The translations under genes were made by a program, and so were the position numbers. Under the pieces are notes generated by a model, which saw only the letters and a program-made list of their open reading frames with translations, did no database searches and was not told the DNA's origin. Of a DNA stretch of 64,000 bases, positions 44,912 to 54,212 are shown piece by piece (position 1 is the first letter of the stretch; the number at the start of each line of letters is the position of its first letter). The stretch is from NCBI GenBank assembly GCA_965197395.1, contig OZ240205.1, positions 1,501,524 through 1,565,523 on the forward strand. The letters are read 5' to 3'. The stretch comes from Vicinamibacterales bacterium (GTDB taxonomy: Bacteria > Acidobacteriota > Vicinamibacteria > Vicinamibacterales > UBA8438).

Positions 44912-44961
44912 CGTAGCGTAGGCCTTTAGGCCTGCGGGCCAGGCTGAAGCCTGGCGCTACG
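44912..44961 (+). repeat. Composite REP-like palindrome, copy 2
   Basis: 'cgtagcg taggcc-ttt-aggcctg cg ggccaggc-tgaa-gcctggc gctacg' has the same architecture and orientation as copy 1, with compensatory stem changes. Confidence 0.75.
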
Positions 44962-45065
44962 AATGGCGCGCACGCGTGAGCTCCGCGATAGTCGCCACCG
45001 TCCGGGTCAGCGGCTGACGGCGGTCTTGCGGAAGTGGCGCGCGTGTAGAAGGTCGATAGACGATA

Positions 45066-45603
45066 TTAGACACCCCCGTTAACGGAAGATCCGTTAGAGG
45101 CTTTGTTGTAGATCACCGGCATTCGCCCTTTCCACTTCTCCCATATGTCATCTCCAGTGATCAGATCTGCCATGAAGTGAGCCACGTTGATTCGACTGGT
45201 CACGCCCGCATCAAAGGTCGCGCTTCTAATCGGTGAAGGATGGATTTCGTACTCGGTGACTTCGGCCTCATTGATCAACGTGTCCGGACGAACCGCAGCC
45301 CACTCGATGTCACTGTCGCTGTGGCCGATCGCGACTCGCAAATAGTCCGCAGACTGTTCATTGTCCACGTGTGGTCAGCAGTAGACGAAGAAGCCCAATG
45401 ACGCACTTCTGACGAAACGAAACCCGCTCGTCAAGATCGCGGTTGCTGTTGCCAACCGTGTTCATGAGCACAAACCTGTTTGGCGTCGCGGACGTGCCTG
45501 CCTTGATAGCCTTGCACAAGCGGCGAACTGTATCCGTGACAAGCCTGCGCGGATGTCCGTAGAGACCCTTCACGCTCATGTTGTGTCCCAGACACGAAGC
45601 CAC
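45066..45603 (-). pseudogene. NAD(P)H-binding (atypical SDR/NmrA-like) gene remnant: N-terminally truncated and frameshifted
   Basis: Two adjacent ORFs in different frames join as '...FVLMNTVGNSNRDLDERVSFRQKCVIGLLRLLL' / 'VDNEQSADYLRVAIG...WAAVRPDTLINEAEVTEYEI'. No Rossmann GxxGxxG part is present. GC content is clearly lower (~50% by eye) than the surroundings. Confidence 0.5.
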
Positions 45604-45920
45604 CTGTCCACCGGCTTCGCTCTGGCTTGTTCCGGTGACATGTACGCCGCCGTCCCGAGGATGATGCCCGCCCTTGTAGCAACAGCGGTGAGCGTCGGGG
45701 ACTGCGATGGGTCGCCTTCGGGTGTCGTGTCTAACGCCTTCGCCAGCCCGAAATCCACCACCTTGGCGGTCCCGTCGTCGCGCACTTTGATGTTCGCGGG
45801 CTTGAGGTCCCGATGGATCACGCCCGCTTCGTGGGCGGCCTCCAACGCCTCGGCGATCTGCTTCGCAATCGGCAGCGCCTCATCCAGCGGGATCGGCCCC
45901 TTCGCTATCCGGTCGCAAGG
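45576..45920 (-). pseudogene. Internal fragment of a Ser/Thr protein kinase catalytic domain
   Basis: 'ALEAAHEAGVIHRDLKPANIKVRDDGTAKVVDFGLAKAL...GTAAYMSPEQARAKPVD' covers subdomains VIb-VIII only. There is no Gly-loop/VAIK part upstream and no continuation downstream. Confidence 0.6.
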
Positions 45921-45939
45921 GTCGGGCCCCGGCCCGCAG

Positions 45940-46155
45940 GTGAGCTTCGACGTTCGCAGCCTGTTCTTCACGCAGAAGCAGTTGCGTGGATCAATGGCCG
46001 GCGACATCGAGGACCTGCAGTGGGGTCTGGAGCAAGTCCGCGCAGGGCGCATCAGACCTCTCGTAGACTGGACCCTGCCGCTCAGCGAGGCGGCCGAGGC
46101 ACATCGTCTGATCTCGACGAACCAGGTGGCCGGCAACCTCGTGTTGCTGCCGTGG
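45940..46155 (+). pseudogene. C-terminal fragment of a zinc-type/quinone oxidoreductase (MDR family)
   Basis: 'VSFDVRSLFFTQKQLRGSMAGDIEDLQWGLEQVRAGRIRPLVDWTLPLSEAAEAHRLISTNQVAGNLVLLP' matches only the last ~70 aa of MDR oxidoreductases. No upstream part is present. Confidence 0.5.
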
Positions 46156-46192
46156 GCAGCACAGGAAGCAGGGCAGGAGGGTGATTTGACGA

Positions 46193-46447
46193 ATGCCGTT
46201 AACGGACCTCCGCGGTCTCGTTCGGACCGCCGACGACACGCTCGCCGGGGGTGTGCGGGTGTTTCTTGGTCTGCTGTTTTTGATGACCGGCGTGATGAAG
46301 CTGGTCGTGCCGATGCTCGCTGACGCCTGGGCAGGCCAGTTGCTGGCGGCCGAGCTCCCGTTCTTCGCGCTGTCCCGCTTGAGTGTCCCGTTCGTGGAGA
46401 TGGCGGTCGGGGCGCTACTGGTGGTCGCGTCTCGATCGCGCGTGTAA
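46193..46447 (+). pseudogene. DoxX-family membrane protein, C-terminally truncated
   Basis: 'GGVRVFLGLLFLMTGVMKL...PFVEMAVGALLVV' is followed by an early stop. At 84 aa it is short of the ~130-150 aa I expect for the family. Confidence 0.4.
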
Positions 46448-46473
46448 TGCGAAACGGGACCGGCGATTCGAGA

Positions 46474-47799
46474 TTACGGCTTCGCGATGTTCCAGTACAC
46501 GCCGGCGCCGCCGCCAGCGTTTCCGATGCGGGCCAACAGCGCGACTCGCTCGAGGTCCTCGGAGCGTCCCTCCGGGTCGGTGAACGCGTAGATCGCCTGC
46601 CCCCGGTTCTGACCGGGCACCGTGTCGCCCGCGTAGGTGTAGAGCGCGAACCCCTTATAGGCCCACTGGTTGGTGCCATCCCGCCGGGTGATGACTTCCC
46701 AGAAGCCGCTCGACCGCGCACCGTCAGGCGCGCTGAACGGACGCCAGGTCTCCAAGCAGTCGACATCTGCGCAGGCATCGCCGCCGAGTCGCTTCCCCCT
46801 GAAGTAGGCGACCTTGAAGCTGTCGCGCAGGTTTCGCCCGCCGAAATACTTCTCGAAGGCCGAGCCGATGTACAGGGTCATGCCGTTCAATGACAGGACA
46901 TCACCGTACCCCTCCAGCGCGGTGACGGCCACGTCGGGAGGGCTGAAGTGCGTCGTGAGCGCGGCCACCTCCCACCTGACATCGACCCCCGGCTTGCGAA
47001 CATCTCCGGGCAGCAGGTCGCCCCCGTGGCGATAGAGCGGACGCTCCTTGTACGCCCACTGCCTGAAGCCGTCCGCGCGGGTCATGACGGAAAAGTCGCC
47101 AACGTCGAGGGCGAGCGCGGAAGCCGCCACGGGCAGCCACTGACTCCCGCGTGGGGCGTCGCCGGCGAATGTGTAGAGGGGACGACCGGCGAAATCGGTC
47201 AACACGACCGCCCGCGCCGAGGCCACCAGCCCGACCTCGATGCCGGCCGGCCGCGGCATCGACGCCGCCGGATCGAACCGAGCGACCTCCCAGCCCTCGG
47301 GTGGCACCAGCGACCCCGCCTCCACCGGCCCCGCCGCGGTCTTCGAACTCGCCGTCTCGGCCAGACCGACGTTGGTGGCAACCTCTCCCGGCTCCTGCTC
47401 CTTCGACCAGGTGTACAGGGGACGCGACCGATACGCCCATTGCAGCTGTCCATCTGCCCGGCGCACCAACGACCAGTCGCCGAACGCGCTCGCGTCATCG
47501 TCCTGGGCTAGCAGTGGCGGGAATTCCGCGGCGCAGTCACCTGCGCAATTCGAGACGCCGGGCTGGTCGCCGTGGGAGAACAAGAGGGTCCAGCCCCCGG
47601 CGTCCCCGAGCCGCGTCCACAGCACCTGGTCCGACGAAATCGGCAAGTCCCTGACCACCTCCACCAGGGTCACACCTGGCGGCGTGGTCGACAGCACCAC
47701 CCATTCCTCCCCCGACGCAGACGACGGGGCCGCGACGACGACCGCCGTGATGACGAGCGAGAACCAGCCCGCCGATGCAGAGTGTCGCACACACATCAT
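46474..47799 (-). CDS. Exported repeat protein of the COG4315 / 'lipoprotein with Yx(FWY)xxD motif' type
   Basis: The repeated units are 'DGQLQWAYRSRPLYTWSKEQEPGEV', 'DGFRQWAYKERPLYRHGGDLLPGDV' and 'DGTNQWAYKGFALYTYAGDTVPGQNRG'. The start was trimmed to ATG 47799 (signal 'MMCVRHSASAGWFSLVITAVVVAAPSSASG'). Confidence 0.7.
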   Translation of the reverse strand: MMCVRHSASAGWFSLVITAVVVAAPSSASGEEWVVLSTTPPGVTLVEVVRDLPISSDQVLWTRLGDAGGWTLLFSHGDQPGVSNCAGDCAAEFPPLLAQDDDASAFGDWSLVRRADGQLQWAYRSRPLYTWSKEQEPGEVATNVGLAETASSKTAAGPVEAGSLVPPEGWEVARFDPAASMPRPAGIEVGLVASARAVVLTDFAGRPLYTFAGDAPRGSQWLPVAASALALDVGDFSVMTRADGFRQWAYKERPLYRHGGDLLPGDVRKPGVDVRWEVAALTTHFSPPDVAVTALEGYGDVLSLNGMTLYIGSAFEKYFGGRNLRDSFKVAYFRGKRLGGDACADVDCLETWRPFSAPDGARSSGFWEVITRRDGTNQWAYKGFALYTYAGDTVPGQNRGQAIYAFTDPEGRSEDLERVALLARIGNAGGGAGVYWNIAKP

Positions 47800-47827
47800 C
47801 GGACCTCGCAAAGCCTTCCGCGCGCGC

Positions 47828-49168
47828 TCACGCCAGGAGCTCGGTGAAGGGCCTCGACACCTGATTCGACTCGGTGCCCCAGCTTCCACGACCGACACCC
47901 AAAGCCTGCTGCACCGTGAACCCCACACGCGTCGCCGCGTCACCTTCCGCGGCGATATGGTAGCCCGTCTTCATCCGGCCACCGCCGCTGCCGGCGGTGA
48001 GAATCGGCAGGCGTTTCATCGAGTGCATTCTCGCCTCGCCGTGGTCGGTAAACGCAAAGATCACGCTTCGATCGAGCAGCGTGCCGTCGCCTTCGCGGAT
48101 CGCGTCCAACGCCTGCACGAGCTCCACGAAGAAACCCATGCATCGCTCCGCGATCCACTTGCACTTGACCTGATACCCGAGCTGCGTATCGACCGGTTCT
48201 TCGTGCGTCAGCGCATGATAGCCATTCGGCTCTCCCGGCGCGCGGAGCCTGGAGAGCGACGCACCCAGGGTGAGGTTGAAGACCCGCGTCTGACCGCAGG
48301 CCAAGGCATGCGCCATCAATTGCGCGAATTGCCGGTGCGTTTTTTCCACCTGGGGGAGGAGCGGACCGATGTCGTCGGTCGCGGCGCCGGGCATCGTACA
48401 CGCCGGCAGCGGTTCAGGTTTCTCCAGCTCGAACGCGAGCTTCTGCTCGAGATCGCGAACGGACGAAAAATACTCGTCCAACCGCGCACGATCCGACGCC
48501 GACACGGCGCCCATGAGATCCTTCCGCTGGTCCGCCACCGCCGACAGCACGCTCTGGCGCACCATCGTCCCCGGGTCGGGCACGAAGTCTGCCCCACTCG
48601 GATCGCGGAAACCGTCCCCGAAGATGCGGGTGTAGAGGGCAAGCGGTGATGTCGCGGAAGGGTTCATACCACTCGATCCGCGCGCGCTCCAGCCGGCCCG
48701 GCTGTCGCCGCCGCTGGTGGCCTCGAGAGAACGGAACCGCGTGCCCTTGCCGATCTGTTCGCCAATGATGGTGTCGATGCTCGCCGTGTAGTTGCTGGCG
48801 TTCCGCGACACCCTGCCGGTCGCCTGGCCTTGCGCGCCCGAGAAGTGGTTCTGGTTGATCTTGCCGTCGAGGAAGACCTGCATCCCGCTGAAGAGGTTCA
48901 TCTTCGGCTTGATCGCTTGCAAGCCGGCAATGTGTTCCGGCAGCTCGTAGTCGACGCCGGTGGTCGCGGGCTCCCAGCGGCCGGGAGCCAGGCCGAGTCC
49001 CCAGAACCAGGTGCCGAAACAGGGCTGTAGCCGCGCGCCGGTTGCCGCGTAGGCGGTGCCGTTGGTGTTCAGGAAACACTCCAGTATCGGTAGCCCGACG
49101 GCAACCGCCGTTCCGCCCAGGAAACCCCGCAGTACGGTGCGGCGGTCAACCTTCTTGATGTCACTCAT
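47828..49168 (-). CDS. DUF1552 domain-containing protein with Tat-like signal (divergent third copy)
   Basis: The N-terminus is 'MSDIKKVDRRTVLRGFLGGTAVAVGLPILE'. It is collinear with the other two DUF1552 proteins ('FTDHGEARMHS...LPILTAGSGGG' versus 'GGGISDGDQHSHMDLPLILAGGGAG'). Confidence 0.8.
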   Translation of the reverse strand: MSDIKKVDRRTVLRGFLGGTAVAVGLPILECFLNTNGTAYAATGARLQPCFGTWFWGLGLAPGRWEPATTGVDYELPEHIAGLQAIKPKMNLFSGMQVFLDGKINQNHFSGAQGQATGRVSRNASNYTASIDTIIGEQIGKGTRFRSLEATSGGDSRAGWSARGSSGMNPSATSPLALYTRIFGDGFRDPSGADFVPDPGTMVRQSVLSAVADQRKDLMGAVSASDRARLDEYFSSVRDLEQKLAFELEKPEPLPACTMPGAATDDIGPLLPQVEKTHRQFAQLMAHALACGQTRVFNLTLGASLSRLRAPGEPNGYHALTHEEPVDTQLGYQVKCKWIAERCMGFFVELVQALDAIREGDGTLLDRSVIFAFTDHGEARMHSMKRLPILTAGSGGGRMKTGYHIAAEGDAATRVGFTVQQALGVGRGSWGTESNQVSRPFTELLA

Positions 49169-49200
49169 CTTGATCTCCCCATGCCCTCAACACTTCAACC

Positions 49201-50814
49201 TCAGCCACCCGCATGTGTGTAGAAATCCACGTTCTGGGCGATGCGCCGCATGAGATCGCGCCAGGTGACGACGGTATCGACAAGCGCCGACGCCGTGTCG
49301 GCGAGCCACGTCCGTTCCCGGTCGGAGGGAGTCCTTGCCGTGCCGTAGGAGAACGCCCGGTTGACCAGACAGGATGTGGCGGCGGGGTCATCTCGGAGGA
49401 TCGTCGCAAACTCGGTGACTCCGGCGTACGGCCGGCGACGGAAGGTGCCGCTGGTGTCAATCAGTGCGCCGTTCTCGGTCGTCCGGTAGACACCGGACGC
49501 ATCAAAGACCTCGAGGGTCAGTCCGATCGGGTCGGTCACGCGGTGACACCCGGCACACGTCGGATTCGTCCGGTGCGCGGTCAGCCGCTGCCGCACGGTC
49601 CTGAAGGCCGGATCGGTCGTGTCCTGGACGATGCTGAAATCCACGTCCCCCGGCGGCGGCGGCACTCGCTGGCACAAGAGGTTTTCACGGACCGCCTTGC
49701 CCCGGAGTGTGGGAGATGTCGTGCCGGGATGCGAGTGCAAGGCCAGAAAGCTCACCTGCGTGAGGAGCCCCACGTGCGGGTCACCCTCGGGAAACCGATA
49801 GGGCACCCAGGGAACCGCGCCGCCCAGCTCCTGCGATCGGGGCAGCGGGACGCCGTAGATCGCCGCGAGTGACGGCGTCAGGAAGGTGTCACGCGTGACG
49901 AACAGATCCCGATAGTCGCCGTCCTTGGTGATCAGGTGATCGGCGATCGTGCGTAAGGTCTGCTCCCGCGCATCGTCCTGGACGTTCTTCGTGAACTTCG
50001 GGAAGAGACTCGGATCCACAGACAACGTCGCGAACCCGTCGAACCCCAGCATGTCAGAGAAGAAGGCTCGCAGACCGTCTTCGATGCGTGGCGACGAGAG
50101 CAGACGCTCGATCTGGCGATGCAGCCCCTCGGTCGAGAGCAACGCTCCGGACTGCGCCGCGGCCAACAGCTCGGTGTCCGGGGTGCTGTTCCACAGGAAG
50201 AAGCTGAGACGGGACGCCCGCGAGTACGCATCCAATCGCAGCGTGCCCGGCCGGGACGGATCCCGCTCGGCGTGCTCGGCGCGAAAGAGGAATTCCGGCG
50301 CGACGAGCATCCCCACCAGGGCGGCCTGCAATCCGGCATAGAAATCATCGAGCGTGCGCGCCGCCGATTCGGCGATGGCGACATACGACCGGACCTCGTC
50401 GTCGGTCGGGGGACGTCGGAACAGGAAGAGTCCCACCCGGGTGACGAACTGCGTGGCGCACTCCCGATCCGGCGCGGTGTTGGTGTCCGGCATGCACGGA
50501 ATGAGCGTCGCGCGGTGCCTGGGGTCGGTGACCTGGGCGGCGACTTGTTGGGCGAGCGCCTCATAGCGCTCCAGCGCCGCGGCGCTCAAGGCCAGCTTCC
50601 TGGCGCCGAGCGCCAACAGGCCATTTTCTCGAACCCCAGGATCGACGACGCCGTCGTCGACCTGGATGCCCTCGCCGAAGATGTCGTGGATGGTGCGCTC
50701 GTACTGCGCCGGCGTCAGCCGAACGAAGCTGATCTCTTCGGCGGCGATCAGCGGCACTGCACTGGCAACGATCAGACTCACGGCCAGCGCTGGCGCATGA
50801 GCCTTCCACCGCAT
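49201..50814 (-). CDS. Exported DUF1595/DUF1592/DUF1588/DUF1585-family protein, short form lacking the N-terminal CxxCH module
   Basis: It has 'RLSFFLWNSTPDTELL', 'TSPTLRGKAVRENLLCQRVPPPPGDV' and 'TNPTCAGCHRVTDPIG'. The start was trimmed to ATG 50814 ('MRWKAHAPALAVSLIVASAVPLIAAEE'). Confidence 0.75.
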   Translation of the reverse strand: MRWKAHAPALAVSLIVASAVPLIAAEEISFVRLTPAQYERTIHDIFGEGIQVDDGVVDPGVRENGLLALGARKLALSAAALERYEALAQQVAAQVTDPRHRATLIPCMPDTNTAPDRECATQFVTRVGLFLFRRPPTDDEVRSYVAIAESAARTLDDFYAGLQAALVGMLVAPEFLFRAEHAERDPSRPGTLRLDAYSRASRLSFFLWNSTPDTELLAAAQSGALLSTEGLHRQIERLLSSPRIEDGLRAFFSDMLGFDGFATLSVDPSLFPKFTKNVQDDAREQTLRTIADHLITKDGDYRDLFVTRDTFLTPSLAAIYGVPLPRSQELGGAVPWVPYRFPEGDPHVGLLTQVSFLALHSHPGTTSPTLRGKAVRENLLCQRVPPPPGDVDFSIVQDTTDPAFRTVRQRLTAHRTNPTCAGCHRVTDPIGLTLEVFDASGVYRTTENGALIDTSGTFRRRPYAGVTEFATILRDDPAATSCLVNRAFSYGTARTPSDRERTWLADTASALVDTVVTWRDLMRRIAQNVDFYTHAGG

Positions 50815-50894
50815 GCCAACCCTCCCCTCGGCGGCGTCCCGATCGTCGGGGTCGCGGCGTCCGGCTCGTGTCTCCACCAGGGTGAACATACCCC

Positions 50895-52115
50895 TCATCG
50901 TGCCGGTGATCGGTTGGCCGCCGGACCGTTGAACTTCGGGCCGTTTCCGACCGCGCGACCGACAACCTGCCCAGACATCGTGGTGTGGAACGCCGGGATC
51001 GCTTCCAACCAGTAGGCGGCCGAAATCGCGGTGTTCTCCCCCGTCGCCGGGTCGGGCACGCCGTCGGCAAGGCGCTTCATGGCGTAGTACGCCCCGGGCA
51101 GGTCGACTTGTCCGCTGCCCTCTCCGCGAATCGCCAAGAAGTGGTAGTAGTTCCTCCACGGTTGGTATCCACCGATGATTCCCCGCACGCTACCGTCCGG
51201 ATCCATCGTGAGGCGCACGTGAGTCTTGGCGAACCGGAGCACCGCATGGAACTGCGACTCTCCCTGCAGCGAAAAGTCCCCGGGCTCGATGCTCAGGACT
51301 CGGTCCCTGATCGTACCCTTGAATACACTGTGTGATCGTGGATCGGGGTCGATCACGAAGGTCGCTCCGGACAGCACGCCGCCGTGGGTGTCTCTCAGCA
51401 GGATGTTCAACGACCGGTCGAATGTCACCGTGACGTCTCCATCCCGGTCGAGGTCCGCCCCCGACACCGACATCAACCAGGCGGGCATCGAATCGATGGC
51501 GTTGTCCCAGACGATGCTCTCGTTGTACGGCACCACCGGACGGCGGACGTTGTAGACCTCAAAGCAGCCGAGCGCTCGCCACATCTGGTTGTCGACACCC
51601 TGCTCGTGGGACTCCGGATCCTCGAATGCATCGGGGCCAATCCGACCATCGAGGTTGAAGCCGTACGCAAACCGCCCCTGTGCGGTTCGAATATTCGGGT
51701 CGGGTACCAAGGCGGGAACGTTGCCCGGATTGACCGCGAACCCGTTCCACCCGTCGTCTCCCGCCCCGGCGCCGGCCCCGAAGAGCGCCGCGCCGTCGAC
51801 GCGGTTACCAGCCTCGTCCCGGCCGCCGTTGGCAATGATCGTCAGGGCTTCTTCCTCGCTGAAGCCGGCGCTGACCAGTCGCCGCGTTCGGAGCTCGAGC
51901 AGCCCCCCGTTGCCGCCCGCGGGACAGGTGTCCGTATTCGCGTAGGTCGCCGTGTGAAACATCGAGATCACGTAGCCGCGCGTTTCGCCGAACGCGCTCG
52001 ACGGGGTGCACAGCGCGATGAAAAGGGGCAGACAGACGCCGGTGATTCCCGCCCACACCAGGTGTCGAAGACGTGCTCCGCCAGCAGTCATGGACCCTCC
52101 ATCGGCAGACTTCAC
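50895..52115 (-). CDS. Exported hypothetical protein (no recognisable family)
   Basis: It has a signal-like 'LVWAGITGVCLPLFIALCTPSSAFGE', balanced composition and the same strand as the DUF1592-like gene, directly upstream of it. An alternative start is ATG 52091. Confidence 0.6.
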   Translation of the reverse strand: MKSADGGSMTAGGARLRHLVWAGITGVCLPLFIALCTPSSAFGETRGYVISMFHTATYANTDTCPAGGNGGLLELRTRRLVSAGFSEEEALTIIANGGRDEAGNRVDGAALFGAGAGAGDDGWNGFAVNPGNVPALVPDPNIRTAQGRFAYGFNLDGRIGPDAFEDPESHEQGVDNQMWRALGCFEVYNVRRPVVPYNESIVWDNAIDSMPAWLMSVSGADLDRDGDVTVTFDRSLNILLRDTHGGVLSGATFVIDPDPRSHSVFKGTIRDRVLSIEPGDFSLQGESQFHAVLRFAKTHVRLTMDPDGSVRGIIGGYQPWRNYYHFLAIRGEGSGQVDLPGAYYAMKRLADGVPDPATGENTAISAAYWLEAIPAFHTTMSGQVVGRAVGNGPKFNGPAANRSPAR

Positions 52116-52425
52116 TCCGGGTTAGACGCTCCGCGTTGAGCATGCCCCGAGCAAGGGCCTACGTCAAGTCGGATTCTGCGCCGATGCCTCGTTGGGTCCG
52201 CACCCAAGACAACGGTAATCTCGGGCAGCATGGCGGGTTCATGTCGGTGAGGGTCCTAGGAATGGTCCGCAGCTACGATCCTTGTCCCAACGCGCTGGAG
52301 CACGGCTCGGCCGATGTGAACCCGCGAGCGGGTGAACTGGGACGGCCCGTGGGCCGTCACGGAGGAGGCTATGCTGGGCTTGATGATGGACCGGCCGCTG
52401 TTGATGCTGTTGATCTCGTCAATCA

Positions 52426-52572
52426 GCCTGGGGGCAGAAGACGCTGCGTGAAATCACCCGCACCCACGTCCACGAACTCTTGGACAACCTCGTCGCGCTG
52501 GGCATGGGAGCCGGCGTGAACCGTGTGCAAGCGCTCGTGAGCCGGATGTTCACCGTGGCCACATGGAAATTG
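52426..52572 (+). pseudogene. Short remnant of a tyrosine recombinase/phage integrase (N-terminal SAM-like region)
   Basis: The frame translation 'AWGQKTLREITRTHVHELLDNLVALGMGAGVNRVQALVSRMFTVATWKL' fits the integrase pattern 'lG.k.l.eIt..dv..ll..l...G....aNR....ls.mf..A'. It is bounded by a stop at 52411 and diverges after ~50 aa. Confidence 0.45.
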
Positions 52573-52648
52573 TCACACACTCGCGTGTGTCCCGTCCTTT
52601 CAATGAGTTAGCCCGCTGGGCTATAAGCGCGCGGTGGACAAGGGCGCT

Positions 52649-54187
52649 TCAAAGCACTGCCGTCCCCTGGCCGTCGATTCGGACGGTGCGACCGCAGAAC
52701 TCCTCATGACACATCGCGTCGAGGACCTCCGGTGTCTCGATGTTGGCCCATGTGCGCCGACCGTCGGGCAGGCGGCACGCCAGATGCGCCACCGACGGTT
52801 CGGCTCCCATGTCGGTCGTCTCCGTGTAGATCGCTGCGTAGGACCGGGTCGGTGTCGCCGGCTTGCCTCCGAACGCGACGGTATAAGACTCGATCTCAGC
52901 GGCGCCCGAGACGTCGACGACCACGGCGCGCCGCGGCAGGCGATCCACCTCCGCTTGGAGACTCTGGTACGCGAATCCCGTCTCGGGAGATTCAGTGCCA
53001 TACACGCCGAAGGAGTGCTTCGTGAGCATCCCGCCGTTGGCGGTGACGAGGGCCCGCCCGCACGGTGTCTCCCGCAGCAGCTCTACGGTGCGCGCGACCG
53101 AGTGCATGACGTAGTTGTTCAGCGGACCGCCACCGAAGGTCAGACCGCCGGTGACCGAGAGGGGGCGGTCCTGTGACAAGCCCAGCTCATTCGCCGCGAC
53201 TTGCACGGCGCTCGGGAAACAGCTGTAGAGGTCGACGAAGTCGAGATCGGCGAGCTCCACATCCGCCAGTTCGAGCGCCCGCCGTCCCGCGAGACGGATC
53301 GCAGGCGACGAGTGGAGGTTGTCTCGCTCGGACACGAAGTAGTGGTCGTAGGCGTCGGTCCCGCTGAGGGGAAAGACCATCTTTCCCTGCGGGATCCCGA
53401 GGGATGTGGCCGTGTCGAGCGAGCAGAGGATGAGGGCCGCACCCATATCGACCCGCATGTTCGCGCTCATGAGCTTCGGGTACGGGAATGAGATGGGTCG
53501 GTTCGCCGCTGACGGGGTACGGATCTCTCCCGCGGTCACTTCACGGCGGATCCAGGCACTCGGGTTTCCTTGGGCCACCGCGCTGAAGCGGGCCCAGAGC
53601 CGGGAAATCCGGTCCTGGTGCTCGTCGATCGACTCGCCCGCGTGGTATCGGAGCGCGTTCTCGAACAGCGCGTAATACGGCGCCGGTCGCTGCAGACCGC
53701 GCGCCATCTCGGCCTCGTGGCGGGTCCACTTCGAGGTCCCATATTCGACGTCGGGTGCCGGGATCGGATCGTCCTCCTTCTCTGTCAGCCACTCGAGCTC
53801 AACCCCTGCCCGCTGCGCCCGCGCCGTCGTGCGTCCGCATTCGGCCCCCGTGAGGATCACCACGTCGCGGACACCCTCCCGAATCTCGACGGCGCTTCGA
53901 TTGAGAACCATCTGCACGTGGTTGCCGCCGAGCACGGACACAGCCGTCTCGACGGGACCACAGGCGAGGGACTCGGCGATGGCGAGGGCCGGGTTCTTGT
54001 ACCCCCAGATGCCCTTGATGACGCGGATGGAGCTCGTCTGCGCGAGGAGCGTCGGCGCCCCGGCGTCGGCCGCGGCATCGCGGACGGCGGCGATCATGAG
54101 CTCGAGCGGCGCCTTCGCCTCGGCGGGGTCGTCGGCGCGTTGGAGACGCTGGCCGACGCCGACCAACACGGGCGTGCGTTCCGTCAT
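52649..54187 (-). CDS. Thiolase-like (acetyl-CoA acetyltransferase family) protein
   Basis: 'PVLVGVGQ', 'VVILTGAECG', 'VDLYSCFPSAVQVAANELGL' and 'GGLTFGGGPLNNYVMHS' fit the thiolase-like fold. The ORF is ~510 aa, including a C-terminal extension. Confidence 0.6.
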   Translation of the reverse strand: MTERTPVLVGVGQRLQRADDPAEAKAPLELMIAAVRDAAADAGAPTLLAQTSSIRVIKGIWGYKNPALAIAESLACGPVETAVSVLGGNHVQMVLNRSAVEIREGVRDVVILTGAECGRTTARAQRAGVELEWLTEKEDDPIPAPDVEYGTSKWTRHEAEMARGLQRPAPYYALFENALRYHAGESIDEHQDRISRLWARFSAVAQGNPSAWIRREVTAGEIRTPSAANRPISFPYPKLMSANMRVDMGAALILCSLDTATSLGIPQGKMVFPLSGTDAYDHYFVSERDNLHSSPAIRLAGRRALELADVELADLDFVDLYSCFPSAVQVAANELGLSQDRPLSVTGGLTFGGGPLNNYVMHSVARTVELLRETPCGRALVTANGGMLTKHSFGVYGTESPETGFAYQSLQAEVDRLPRRAVVVDVSGAAEIESYTVAFGGKPATPTRSYAAIYTETTDMGAEPSVAHLACRLPDGRRTWANIETPEVLDAMCHEEFCGRTVRIDGQGTAVL

Positions 54188-54212
54188 TTCAACGGGGTGA
54201 GCCTCTCACGCT

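Noticed and set aside
45075-46206. 11-nt direct repeat 'ccgttaacgga' at 45075..45085 and 46196..46206 as possible att or TSD sites bracketing the fragment region
   Set aside because: In 64 kb, hundreds of 11-mer coincidences are expected by chance, and there is no extended similarity around the matches.
45576-46778. 400-aa minus-strand ORF spanning the fragment region
   Set aside because: Only its last ~110 codons are meaningful (the kinase fragment). The rest is low-complexity Arg/Pro/Ser/Thr sequence overlapping better-supported plus-strand fragments and the 3' end of the COG4315 gene. I treat it as a high-GC open-frame artefact.
52073-52519. 148-aa plus-strand ORF in the 52.1-52.6 kb spacer
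   Set aside because: It has no motifs, overlaps the start of the 406-aa gene on the other strand, and is in a different frame from the integrase-like stretch. It is not convincing as a gene.
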